Under the pieces are notes generated by a model. It was not told the origin of the DNA. It saw only the letters and a program-made list of their open reading frames with translations, and did not search any database. 64,000 nucleotides of DNA from the NCBI GenBank assembly GCA_049684755.1, contig JBAVGI010000036.1, forward strand, positions 1,571 through 65,570. The letters run 5' to 3'. Positions 1 through 8,425 of this stretch are shown piece by piece (the stretch's first letter is position 1; the number at the start of each line of letters is the position of its first letter). Source of the stretch: Candidatus Sulfotelmatobacter sp. GTDB taxonomy: Bacteria; Acidobacteriota; Terriglobia; Terriglobales; Acidobacteriaceae. The position numbers were made by a program, and so were the translations under genes.

Positions 1-1024
1 CTTCGACCTGGCTAACGACGGCTCCTTCATTGTTGTGCACATCGAAGAACTTCGCATTCTCCGGGGTCACATCGCTGATACCGATTCCCATGTAACCGTG
101 GGTGACTTTGCCGTCGCGGATGAGAGCGTCCACCGTGGGACGGACGATCTGTGTGGGAATCGCGAATCCCATTCCAGAGAAGCTATCGGAATTCGACACC
201 AGGAAGGTGTTGATGCCGATCACTTCGCCGCGGGCGTCAACCAGCGGGCCGCCGGAGTTTCCGGGATTGATGGCTGCATCGGTCTGAACAAAACTGCCCG
301 GGGCACGATGATCCTTCGAGAACGGATTCGGCCGGTTCAGTCCGCTGATAATGCCGCGCGTCACAGTGAACTGGAAGCCGAACGGATTGCCGAAGGCAAG
401 CACCGTCTCGCCCGGGCGAAGCGCAGTTGAGTTGCCCCAAGGCACATTAGGAAGATTCGTGCCATCGATCTTGATTACGGCCAGATCAGTGAGGGGATCG
501 GCCCCAATCAACTTGGCTTTCATGATTCGGCGATCGTTGAGTGTGACGCGAATGTCGACGGCTCCGTCGATCACGTGGTTGTTAGTGACGATGTAACCAT
601 CGGGTGAGATCAGCACGCCGCTGCCGATGCCGTGCTCAATCTGCGTCTGCGGCCTCATTGGATGATTAAAGAATGGAGCGAACATCGGCGGAACGCCCTC
701 GGGCATATCCGGTGATTGACCGTCGGCCATTTCAGCTTTGGAGTGAGAAGTGACGGCTACGTTTACAACGGCGGGGGTAACGCGCGCGGCGAGAGTTTCC
801 ATAGCCTGATCGAGCGAAAGCAATGCGGCTACGCTATTGTCGTCGAGCGGGGTAGCGGTGGGAGACGTGCTTGGGCCGCGGGCAAACGCGGGCTTGGCAA
901 ATTCGTAAGTGGTGAACGACAACACCAGCGCGACTGCCAGGACGGGCAAGATCAGGCGGCGTGTCAGGAGGGTTTTGCTAACCCATGTTTTAGTGAACCA
1001 TGTGTTGGTCAACCGGTTTTTCAT
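1..1024 (-). CDS. HtrA/DegP-family trypsin-like serine protease. Only the N-terminal ~341 codons are present; the 3' end lies beyond the left edge of the window.
   Basis: Absent from the ORF track because no stop codon falls inside the window. My own reverse-strand translation from the ATG at 1024-1022 reads MKNRLTNTWFTKTW, then a hydrophobic anchor LILPVLAVALVLSF. The catalytic-triad contexts TNNHVIDGA, DLAVIKI and GNSGGPL follow (codons 262-245, in frame with the ATG). Confidence 0.85.
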   Translation of the reverse strand, partial: MKNRLTNTWFTKTWVSKTLLTRRLILPVLAVALVLSFTTYEFAKPAFARGPSTSPTATPLDDNSVAALLSLDQAMETLAARVTPAVVNVAVTSHSKAEMADGQSPDMPEGVPPMFAPFFNHPMRPQTQIEHGIGSGVLISPDGYIVTNNHVIDGAVDIRVTLNDRRIMKAKLIGADPLTDLAVIKIDGTNLPNVPWGNSTALRPGETVLAFGNPFGFQFTVTRGIISGLNRPNPFSKDHRAPGSFVQTDAAINPGNSGGPLVDARGEVIGINTFLVSNSDSFSGMGFAIPTQIVRPTVDALIRDGKVTHGYMGIGISDVTPENAKFFDVHNNEGAVVSQVE

Positions 1025-1051
1025 TTGGGCTTTTCTCCTTGTGCAACGTGC

Positions 1052-1067
1052 AACTAATTATTTAGTT
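1052..1067. promoter_or_regulatory. Inverted repeat AACTAA-ttat-TTAGTT upstream of the HtrA-like gene; candidate BlaI/MecI-family operator.
   Basis: Read directly at 1051-1068, about 28 nt upstream of the protease ATG. It shares CAACTA...TAGTT half-sites with the palindrome at 3043-3060. A gtgcaac-gtgcaac tandem 7-mer sits immediately 5' of it (1041-1054). Confidence 0.4.
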
Positions 1068-1106
1068 TCTTAAACCGTACAAATATCCTCATCGCGGCAA
1101 ACTTGG

Positions 1107-2597
1107 TTAAGTTGATTTCGGGATAATTTCCTTCTGGATCTGGAGATCGGCGGAATGGAATACCGTCAACCGCAGGATGCTGATGCTCCAGACACGGCCA
1201 TCACTGTCGACGGCTTCGGTTTGAATCACAAGGAACAGAGCCTTCGGAGAGCTGACATCCTCAACAGTGTTAGAAGCGCTCCCATTCGCGTCGATCATCT
1301 TCGGATCAATCATCTTCGCGTCGATCGTCTTCGCGTTGACCGTCTTCGTGTTGATCATGCGCGGAGAACTCATTCGCGAAGGAGAATTGCTTCGACGTGC
1401 AGCGAACCCCATACTGTCGGCGTTCTTTGCGCCGTGGTGATAACGGCTTCGCGACGTTACTTGCAGGGAGCGGCCGGGAACTGCCCGCGGCGAAATGTCG
1501 CTGCGCACAGGATATGCAGCCTGGCTATGAAAGGCCGCCGGAATCATCCTCGCTCCGACGGCGCCTGAATCGAGGGCCGGGGTGGCGACTCTGCGGAGTG
1601 GGGATTCCGAAAGCTTGGCGCCATTGCCATCAAAGGCAACCAGCCTCGGTGCGTGAGGCAGCGCGATCAGACATATTGCCGAGAATACGGCGACCAAGCC
1701 GAGCGCGGGCTTGTAAACCTTAGTCACTGTCGGACGCTCGGAATCGAGAATTCGCATGACCCGTTGCGTTGTCTGTTGCATTCGTCCCGCAACCGCTTGG
1801 GCCAAAGCCAGACCTCGTCGCAAAAAGCTCTTCTCCGCTACGGATACCAGGCATTGCGCATAGGCACGTGGGTTTGAGTTTCTGGCCAGTACAAAATCAT
1901 CACAGGCCATCTCCCGCTCCAGCGCCAGACCGCGTCCGATCCACCAGAACGCTGGATGAAAAAAGAAAAGCGCTCGCATGATTTCCTGAGCCAGGTTCGT
2001 CCAGTCATCCCAGCGACGCAAGTGGGCTAATTCGTGCAGCAGAACGGCATTCAATTCGACCGGAGAAAGCTCCCGCAAGATCCACGGAGGAAAAATGATT
2101 GCCGGTTTAAAAAAGCCGATCGCCGCGGGGATGCGGACGCGTTCGGAAGTGCAGATCGTCACAGGCCGGGAGGAGCCGAACTCAGCCAGCATGTTGCGCA
2201 GAAGTGGATCAAGAATGGCTGAATCCATAACGGTACAACTTTGTCTCAAGCGGCTTAGCTGCCAAAAACCAAAGCCGATCTTGGCCAAGCCGGCAACTGC
2301 AATGAGAGCCCATACCATGAAGATGTCAACCGCGTAATATCCAGGCATCTGAAACGCTGCGTGCGACTTGCTGGGCAAGCCGCCGCCGGATAATCCGATG
2401 CTTCCGAAAAAAGGTAGCGCAGTTATCGCCACCATCATGCAGAACCATAGGGCGAACCGGGTGCTGGAATTTTGGCGACCACTGACGCGCAGTAGGGCCC
2501 AGCCAAACATGGCGAGGACGATGCCCTCCGCTACGCCGTTCAACATTCGTTCGGCGAAAATCTGTGCCAGAGCCTGCCAGTGAGCCGCGAATCCCAT
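1107..2597 (-). CDS. Peptidase M56 (BlaR1/MecR1-like) membrane sensor-protease.
   Basis: 496-aa ORF with several N-terminal TM segments and an HELAHLRRWD zinc HExxH motif typical of M56. It starts 3 nt after the stop of a BlaI-type repressor gene. Confidence 0.8.
   Translation of the reverse strand: MGFAAHWQALAQIFAERMLNGVAEGIVLAMFGWALLRVSGRQNSSTRFALWFCMMVAITALPFFGSIGLSGGGLPSKSHAAFQMPGYYAVDIFMVWALIAVAGLAKIGFGFWQLSRLRQSCTVMDSAILDPLLRNMLAEFGSSRPVTICTSERVRIPAAIGFFKPAIIFPPWILRELSPVELNAVLLHELAHLRRWDDWTNLAQEIMRALFFFHPAFWWIGRGLALEREMACDDFVLARNSNPRAYAQCLVSVAEKSFLRRGLALAQAVAGRMQQTTQRVMRILDSERPTVTKVYKPALGLVAVFSAICLIALPHAPRLVAFDGNGAKLSESPLRRVATPALDSGAVGARMIPAAFHSQAAYPVRSDISPRAVPGRSLQVTSRSRYHHGAKNADSMGFAARRSNSPSRMSSPRMINTKTVNAKTIDAKMIDPKMIDANGSASNTVEDVSSPKALFLVIQTEAVDSDGRVWSISILRLTVFHSADLQIQKEIIPKST
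1287..1361 (-). repeat. Five tandem 15-nt units inside the M56 gene, encoding a K-x-I/V-D/N-x pentapeptide repeat.
   Basis: Units cgcgtcgatcatctt / cggatcaatcatctt / cgcgtcgatcgtctt / cgcgttgaccgtctt / cgtgttgatcatgcg were read directly. The protein segment is INTKTVNAKTIDAKMIDPKMIDANG. Confidence 0.8.
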
Positions 2598-2600
2598 CGA

Positions 2601-2978
2601 TCACTCGCTCCCTTCCAACAATTTGCGTAAGCGCTTCAATTCAGCCGCGTCGACCGATTGATCCTTGAGTATGTTCAGCACGAGCAGTTCGTGAGAGTTA
2701 GCAAAGAAGCGGTCCACCAACCGGCGAATCTCAGACCGGGTCGCTTCCTGACGTTCTACCAGAGGTGCATACACGTGAGCCCGGCCGTCCTTTTCATGCT
2801 TCACGTAACCCTTTTTCTCCAGAATTCGAATCGTAGTCAGAACGGAGTTATAAGCGAGCGGCATTTTTCCCGGCAGATCCTCCAACACCTGCTGAACCGT
2901 GGCCGGCCCTTTCTGCCAGAGAATTTCCATGAGCCGTAGTTCAGCTTCGGTTAGAGTCGATGATTTTCTTGGAGGCAA
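2601..2978 (-). CDS. BlaI/MecI/CopY-family transcriptional repressor.
   Basis: 125-aa ORF with a winged-helix N-terminus (LTEAELRLMEILWQKGPATVQQV). Its length and its position just upstream of an M56 gene are typical of the family. Confidence 0.85.
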   Translation of the reverse strand: MPPRKSSTLTEAELRLMEILWQKGPATVQQVLEDLPGKMPLAYNSVLTTIRILEKKGYVKHEKDGRAHVYAPLVERQEATRSEIRRLVDRFFANSHELLVLNILKDQSVDAAELKRLRKLLEGSE

Positions 2979-3042
2979 AGCCCATCCCTCCTTACGTCAA
3001 ATCTGTATCCCTAATTATTGGACGTTCCGGTTATTGGATTGT

Positions 3043-3060
3043 CAACTAGTAAATTAGTTG
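3043..3060. promoter_or_regulatory. Inverted repeat CAACTA-gtaaat-TAGTTG in the blaI-like promoter region; candidate autoregulatory operator.
   Basis: Read directly, 65-82 nt upstream of the repressor ATG (2978). Its half-sites match those at 1052-1067. Confidence 0.45.
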
Positions 3061-3304
3061 CATGGAATTCGCAGTTGGTTGTATCGGTGGTATCCCGAAC
3101 AAGACTCAGGTCGGAGACATGGGCATAGACGGGCGCATCTATCCGGTAGGTGCAGCTCCGAAAGTCAGCGACAAACATACGGCGGAACTCGATTTCATGG
3201 ATGAATGATGACGCGGCACGCCAACGGTCGCATTAGGTTGGAACTCTACGCGCAATCGAATATGGCAGCGAAGCTGGAAGCACAGCGGGTGCTGCTGAAA
3301 GATA

Positions 3305-3381
3305 TGGTAGGCACGACTGGACTCGAACCAGCGACCTCTACCGTGTCAAGGTAGCGCTCTAACCAACTGAGCTACGCGCCT
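3305..3381 (-). tRNA. tRNA-Val (anticodon GAC), with CCA encoded.
   Basis: The reverse complement aggcgcgTAgctcAGTTGGTTAgagcGctaccTTGACACggtagAGGTCgctggTTCGAGTccagtcgtgcctACCA folds as a cloverleaf. It has a 7-bp acceptor stem (one G-U pair), a D arm, the anticodon loop TTGACAC and a T arm with GGTTCGA. Confidence 0.93.
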
Positions 3382-3535
3382 ACAGTGAGCTCTTTCAATA
3401 GTTTACCAAACTTTCGCTGACGGCCGAAAACGGAAATCACCCGTAAAACGTCACTGGTAGAAATCATGTTTCGCCATTTGTCATCCACGACGATGGCTGT
3501 GTGAGGTGCTTCGAACGTTCCCGGTGAAACTCAGT

Positions 3536-3694
3536 TTACCGCGTTCGAACCGTTTCGCAAAATCGGGTCCAAGCCTCGCGCCGGTCGTCCTCGTCCAAAT
3601 CTCCCCAGTCTCCTGCGATGTGTCGGGCCAGATAGCCGAGCGGAGCCTCACCCGATGCCTCTAATGCTGCCAGGGCACCGGGTGTGGCTACAAT
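3536..3694 (-). pseudogene. Start-less, prematurely ending remnant of a small protein with an ATPGAL...RH.AGDWGDLD motif.
   Basis: Hand translation gives IVATPGALAALEASGEAPLGYLARHIAGDWGDLDEDDRREAWTRFCETVRTR*. There is no ATG/GTG/TTG between the upstream in-frame TGA and this segment. The N-terminal motif resembles, from memory, a widespread family of roughly 90-aa proteins from plasmids and genomic islands whose conserved C-terminus (WxITEADR...LLPxEY) is missing here. Confidence 0.35.
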
Positions 3695-3726
3695 TATCCG
3701 AAGTCGATAAAGAAAGCAAACCTCTG

Positions 3727-3758
3727 TTTGAGCGCATCTAATTTTGAGCGCATCTAAT
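3727..3758. repeat. Perfect tandem duplication of the 16-mer tttgagcgcatctaat.
   Basis: Read directly: two identical adjacent copies, about 55 nt upstream of the VWA-like gene start. Confidence 0.9.
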
Positions 3759-3813
3759 AAGGCAGCTATTCATCTGCCTCACGACTAAGTCCAAAGCCGT
3801 ATGTGGAGGGTCC

Positions 3814-4761
3814 ATGAATGAATTTGTTTCTCTGGTCGTTCTCACACTCGTGCCTGCCCTGGGCGCGTTCTTCCCCAACATGCTCAGCGCTCAGGACGCG
3901 GCAACCCCCGGAACTCAAGCGCACTTGGTGGTAGCGGTTGAAGCTATTCACGGTAAGGATGTGCCGGAAATTGGCCGCCCGGATGTGATGGTGTTCGAAG
4001 GCCGCGACCGCGACGAAGTCACGAATTGGGTGCCCGCGCGGGGGGACAACGCAGCGCTTGAACTTTTTATTCTTCTGGATGACGGATCCAACGCAAGTCT
4101 CGGTTCACAACTGCAGGAGCTTGGCCAATTTATCAAGTCTCAACCCGAATCCACGAAGGTTGGAGTCGCCTATATGCAGAATGGGATCGCCAAAGTTCAG
4201 CAGGATTTGACAAGCGATCACAATGCGGCTGCGCAATCTCTGAGGCTTCCTATGGGTATTCGCGGCATAAACGGCAGTCCTTATTTTTCTTTGTCCGACC
4301 TTCTGAAGCGTTGGCCGCAAGCCTCTGCCCGCCGCGAAGTTCTTATGATCACAGACGGAATCGATCCCTACTACGGCGGTTGGGATCCGCAAGATCCGTA
4401 TCTCACTACCGCCATCGAGGACGCTCAACGCGCGGGCGTTATCGTGTTTGCGATATATACCCCCGGTGTAGGTCATTACGGCCACAGCTACGGTCGAACC
4501 TACTGGGGTCAAATGTATCTCGCGCGGCTGACAGATGAAACCGGTGGCGAATCGTATTACATCGGCTTCAACGGCCCACCCGTAACTTTTAAGCCCTACC
4601 TGGATGACATGGAGCATCATGTGGAACATCAATACCTCTTGACCTTCATCCCCAAACCAGAAAAGAAGAGCGGTTTGCGGCCGGTAAAGTTAAAGACGGA
4701 AGTGCCCAATGCGGAACTAGTTTCGGCGGATAAGATTTACGTGCCGGGCGCAACACCCTAA
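3814..4761 (+). CDS. Secreted VWA-like domain protein; possibly the Acidobacteria VWFA-related family.
   Basis: 315-aa ORF with an N-terminal signal-like segment (LVVLTLVPALGAFF) and a Rossmann-like VWA pattern (LFILLDDGSNAS ... VLMITDGID ... GVIVFAIY). The family assignment is from memory. Confidence 0.6.
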   Translation: MNEFVSLVVLTLVPALGAFFPNMLSAQDAATPGTQAHLVVAVEAIHGKDVPEIGRPDVMVFEGRDRDEVTNWVPARGDNAALELFILLDDGSNASLGSQLQELGQFIKSQPESTKVGVAYMQNGIAKVQQDLTSDHNAAAQSLRLPMGIRGINGSPYFSLSDLLKRWPQASARREVLMITDGIDPYYGGWDPQDPYLTTAIEDAQRAGVIVFAIYTPGVGHYGHSYGRTYWGQMYLARLTDETGGESYYIGFNGPPVTFKPYLDDMEHHVEHQYLLTFIPKPEKKSGLRPVKLKTEVPNAELVSADKIYVPGATP

Positions 4762-4792
4762 CCGGTCCCACAAGAACGAATTTTCGACGCGC

Positions 4793-4819
4793 CTCTAACC
4801 AACTGAGCTACGCGCCTAC
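4793..4819 (-). pseudogene. 27-nt exact copy of the 5' portion (acceptor and D arm) of the tRNA-Val gene.
   Basis: ctctaaccaactgagctacgcgcctac is identical to 3357-3383. The remainder cannot be folded into a tRNA: there is no anticodon arm or T arm. Confidence 0.8.
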
Positions 4820-5150
4820 GACCACTCGCGCTTTTAACATGGGTAAGGTGGGAGCAAGGCCCGTTCCTATGGCCCGAACAGATTGGCTTATAACAGCTTG
4901 GCCAAAGCTCGGCGGAAGGAATGCCATCTCGAGCATAGGATTGTACTTTCGCTGACAGCGGCTTCCTGATCGAGTGAAAGCAGTTCGTCAGGCCGTTGTG
5001 TGTGTTGACTGCCCATCCCGCGACTCCTGGCGATCCAGTCCAGTGAACCCGTGTGACGAGTCTGTCTGTTGACAAAATGAATGCTCGCCGACTTCGTATC
5101 GTGATTGCTGCTAGAGCCTGTCGGGAGTTATTCAGTTTTGAGTCCAAACC

Positions 5151-5729
5151 ATGGGGTATGCATCTAGGTGGGGCATGGCGATATTGAGGGAATTTAGTTT
5201 GGCCGAGGCCACTGCAGTTCTTGCGCGGACTCCTGCGACCATGGATGCGATGTTGCGCGGGCTGCCTGACAAATGGGTGCGCTGCAGCGAAGGAAAAGAT
5301 ACCTGGAGCGCGTTTGACATTATGGGGCACCTGATTATCGGGGAGCGCACCGACTGGATGCCGCGGGTGCGGATCATCCTGCACGATGGGGAAGCGCGGC
5401 CATTTGATCCGTTTGATCGCTTTGCTCAGGCCAAAGAGAATCAAAGCAAATCTCTGGAGCAGCTGTTGGACGATTTTGCGCGGTCGCGGCAAGAGAATCT
5501 AGCTGCTCTGCAAGCGCTGAATTTACAGGAGGAAGATTTAATGCGGCGAGGCCGGCATCCAGCGCTGGGAGTCGTGACTCTATCAGAGCTTTTGGCGACG
5601 TGGACGGTTCACGATCTTACCCACGTACATCAACTCTCTCTCGTGATGGCTTACCAGTATCGTGATGCGGTCGGCCCTTGGAGCGCCTATCTGGGCGTGT
5701 TGCAGTGTGCCGGTCATAGCGCTCCGTAG
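5151..5729 (+). CDS. DinB-superfamily (DinB_2-like) metal-dependent protein.
   Basis: 192-aa ORF with conserved His contexts (DIMGHLIIGE ... HDLTHVHQL) typical of the DinB four-helix-bundle family. The start could instead be the ATG at 5175, which follows GGTGGGG. Confidence 0.65.
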   Translation: MGYASRWGMAILREFSLAEATAVLARTPATMDAMLRGLPDKWVRCSEGKDTWSAFDIMGHLIIGERTDWMPRVRIILHDGEARPFDPFDRFAQAKENQSKSLEQLLDDFARSRQENLAALQALNLQEEDLMRRGRHPALGVVTLSELLATWTVHDLTHVHQLSLVMAYQYRDAVGPWSAYLGVLQCAGHSAP

Positions 5730-5821
5730 GTCTAGCGCGGATTTCTGACGTCCTTACGCATTTCCTGGATGAATCGTCTTTACCAGTTGCAAAATTCTCG
5801 CTGCGGCGGCGACAATCATTC

Positions 5822-6241
5822 ATGCAGGATAACTCCCGGCGTCCTGACCCCGCTAGCGCGAGTGCACCCCGCGATCCTTTCTTACCAGGGTCCATGGTGG
5901 TGGTGACGCTGGGCAATCCACGAGATAAATTCTGGGGCATGATTCTTTCGCTGTCGCCGGAGGGGCTCAGCCTGAGTGGCATCGAGTTGGCTTCTTTCGA
6001 GGATCTTGTGGTGATGGTGAAAGATGGCGAATCGTTCAGCCCGGCTATCGTTTTCTTTCCCATGCACCGGATTGAACGGGTGGAGCTTGACCTGCCGGAT
6101 GGAAATCTGCCTTCGCTTTCGCAGCGTTTTTCGGCAAAGACTGGATCCGATCCCGCTACGATGCTGGGTTCTCCGCTGGTAGACAGTCATGCTGTGAGTG
6201 CGGTTCGTTCCACAGCTGTTTCCACGAAAGAACCAGCATGA
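5822..6241 (+). CDS. Hypothetical protein.
   Basis: 139-aa ORF with balanced composition. Its stop overlaps the next gene's start (ATGA at 6238-6241), which suggests translational coupling. I recognise no motif. Confidence 0.5.
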   Translation: MQDNSRRPDPASASAPRDPFLPGSMVVVTLGNPRDKFWGMILSLSPEGLSLSGIELASFEDLVVMVKDGESFSPAIVFFPMHRIERVELDLPDGNLPSLSQRFSAKTGSDPATMLGSPLVDSHAVSAVRSTAVSTKEPA

Positions 6242-6837
6242 AGGTTTCGCAAATCTTTACCGCACCCAATCAACTCACGATGCTGCGGATGGTTTTCGTT
6301 CCTTTCATCGTCATCGAACTGGTTGAAGGCCGTTATTTGTGGGCGTTGATTCTGTTCGTGATTGCTGGGTTCAGCGATGGGCTGGACGGGTTGCTAGCCC
6401 GTAAATTACACCAGCAAACTTTGCTGGGCCAGTATCTCGATCCTATTGCGGATAAGCTGTTGTTGAGCACCCTGTTTCTGGTGCTTTCGATCCTGCACAA
6501 AATTCCATGGAAGTTTACCGTGCTGGTTTTCAGTCGCGATGCTTCCATCCTGGCAGCGAGTGCGGTGCTGTTTGCGATCGCCGGACTGCGAAACTTCCAG
6601 CCTAGTATTTTTGGGAAAGCGAATACATTCTCGCAGATCGCTGCGGTTTTTTTTGTGATGCTGCTTAGCCTGAGGCCGCAGCGCTGGGTGTGGATTACGC
6701 GGACGGTCTTTCTGCGCGCCACCTTTTTCTTCACCATTATTTCCGCGCTGCATTACGTGTTTCTGGTGCAACACCGGCTGCGGACGAACACTCACGCCCT
6801 GGCACAACATTCTTCCGCGGATATACCCGCCAGTTGA
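6238..6837 (+). CDS. pgsA: CDP-alcohol phosphatidyltransferase, probably CDP-diacylglycerol--glycerol-3-phosphate 3-phosphatidyltransferase.
   Basis: 199-aa polytopic ORF carrying the signature DG(x2)AR(x8)G(x3)D(x3)D, seen as DGLDGLLARKLHQQTLLGQYLDPIADKL. Confidence 0.75.
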   Translation: MKVSQIFTAPNQLTMLRMVFVPFIVIELVEGRYLWALILFVIAGFSDGLDGLLARKLHQQTLLGQYLDPIADKLLLSTLFLVLSILHKIPWKFTVLVFSRDASILAASAVLFAIAGLRNFQPSIFGKANTFSQIAAVFFVMLLSLRPQRWVWITRTVFLRATFFFTIISALHYVFLVQHRLRTNTHALAQHSSADIPAS

Positions 6838-6894
6838 CCCTCTTTCGCGCATCCCCCTAGAATTGAAGGTTCGTCTTCAGCGCTCGATCAACCT

Positions 6895-8379
6895 ATGGCC
6901 CTACGCCTCTACAACACCATGTCTTCGCAGGTCGAGGAATTTATTCCACTTCGCGACCGCGAAGTTCGTATGTATGCCTGCGGGCCGACCGTCTACGGCT
7001 ACGGCCACATCGGAAACTTCCGAAGCTTTATTGCCGTGGACCTGCTGCAGCGATTTTTGCGCCAGTCTGGTTACGACGTCCGTTACGTGATGAATATCAC
7101 GGATGTGGACGACAAAATTATTGCCAATGCTGCGCGTGACGGAGTGAGCGTTCAGCAATACACCGCGAAGTTTGAGAAAGCGTTTCTGGAAGACTCCGCC
7201 ATGATCGGCATTGAACAGCCAATTCTGGTGCGGGCTACGGAACATATCGCGAAGATGGCGGATTTCGTTGCGAAACTCGTCGAAAAGAATCTGGCTTACC
7301 GCACGGACGACGGGTCTTACTACTTCCGTATTGCTGGCTTTCCACAGTACGGCAAACTTTCGAAGAAGGATTTCGGAGGAATGCTGGATGGCGCGCGCGT
7401 GGATGTTGACGAGTACGACAAAGACAGCGCACGGGATTTTGCGCTGTGGAAAGCGCCCAAGCCAGGCGAGGCGTTCTGGGATTCTTCGATCGGGCCGGGA
7501 CGCCCTGGGTGGCATCTGGAATGTTCGGTGATGTCGATGGAGGAGTTGGGCGAGACGTTCGATCTGCATGCGGGTGGAGAGGATTTAATTTTCCCGCATC
7601 ACGAGAACGAGATTGCGCAATCGGAATCATTGACAGGAAAGATGTTCGCGCATTTCTGGTTTCACGTTCGCTTTCTGCTGGTCGAAGGCGAGAAGATGTC
7701 GAAGAGTCTGGGAAACTTCTATACGTTGCGTGACCTGGTTTTGAAGGGGCATAGGCCGTCGTCGATCCGGTACCTGCTCACGTCGGTGCCGTATCGCAAT
7801 CAGCTCAATTTTACTTTTGACGGGCTGAAGCAAGCTGCAGTATCGATGGATCGACTGCGGAACTTTCGGCAGCGGCTAACCACCGGCAGTTTTACCTCCG
7901 GCAGCAACGCGGAAATGCAGATACTGGCAAACGAGACGATTGATCGCATACAGAGTTCGCTGGAAGACGATCTGAATACAGCGCAAGCGCAGGCCGCCAT
8001 ATTCGAAATGGTGCGTCGTGCTAATGCTGCTCTCGATGCGCAGGAGATTAAACAAGATGATGTTCGAGTCTTTCTCGCTGCGCTGGAAAAGTTCGATGAG
8101 ATCTTCGCAGTAATCAAAGATGATGACGGCCCCAAGATGAAACAGGTTTTTGAGTGGGCTCAGACTGAGGGGCGAGAGAAAGATATCAGCGGGGAACTGC
8201 GGGAGGCGGTGCAGGCCGGTCAGCTCTCCGACGCAGATATCGAAAAGAAAATTGCAGAGATGGGATCAGCCCGCAGCGCCCGCAATTTCAAGGTTTCCGA
8301 CGCCCTTCGCGCGGAGCTTACCGGCGCCGGCATCATCATCGAGAATACAAAGGACGGTGTGCGCTGGAGAAGAAAGTAG
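6895..8379 (+). CDS. cysS: Cysteine--tRNA ligase.
   Basis: 494-aa ORF with class I motifs HIGN and KMSKS, and typical CysS blocks (PGWHLECS). Confidence 0.93.
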   Translation: MALRLYNTMSSQVEEFIPLRDREVRMYACGPTVYGYGHIGNFRSFIAVDLLQRFLRQSGYDVRYVMNITDVDDKIIANAARDGVSVQQYTAKFEKAFLEDSAMIGIEQPILVRATEHIAKMADFVAKLVEKNLAYRTDDGSYYFRIAGFPQYGKLSKKDFGGMLDGARVDVDEYDKDSARDFALWKAPKPGEAFWDSSIGPGRPGWHLECSVMSMEELGETFDLHAGGEDLIFPHHENEIAQSESLTGKMFAHFWFHVRFLLVEGEKMSKSLGNFYTLRDLVLKGHRPSSIRYLLTSVPYRNQLNFTFDGLKQAAVSMDRLRNFRQRLTTGSFTSGSNAEMQILANETIDRIQSSLEDDLNTAQAQAAIFEMVRRANAALDAQEIKQDDVRVFLAALEKFDEIFAVIKDDDGPKMKQVFEWAQTEGREKDISGELREAVQAGQLSDADIEKKIAEMGSARSARNFKVSDALRAELTGAGIIIENTKDGVRWRRK

Positions 8380-8425
8380 TTTCTAGTGGTGTTAGGCTGA
8401 AGGCTGACAACGCTGACAGGCTTTT

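Noticed and set aside
3062-3208. 48-codon ORF (MEFAVGCIGGIPNKTQVGDMGIDGRIYPVGAAPKVSDKHTAELDFMDE) divergent from the blaI-like gene.
   Set aside because: It has no Shine-Dalgarno sequence and no recognisable features. It could only work as a leaderless mRNA, and there is no supporting evidence.
5069-5100. TTGACA hexamer upstream of the DinB-family gene as a possible -35 element.
   Set aside because: There is no acceptable -10 hexamer at 16-18 nt spacing.
4758-5492. 244-aa ORF on the minus strand that spans the tRNA fragment and the start of the DinB gene.
   Set aside because: Its 5' half is antisense to the DinB-family gene, its 3' part runs through the tRNA-derived sequence, and the translation is Arg/Pro-rich junk.
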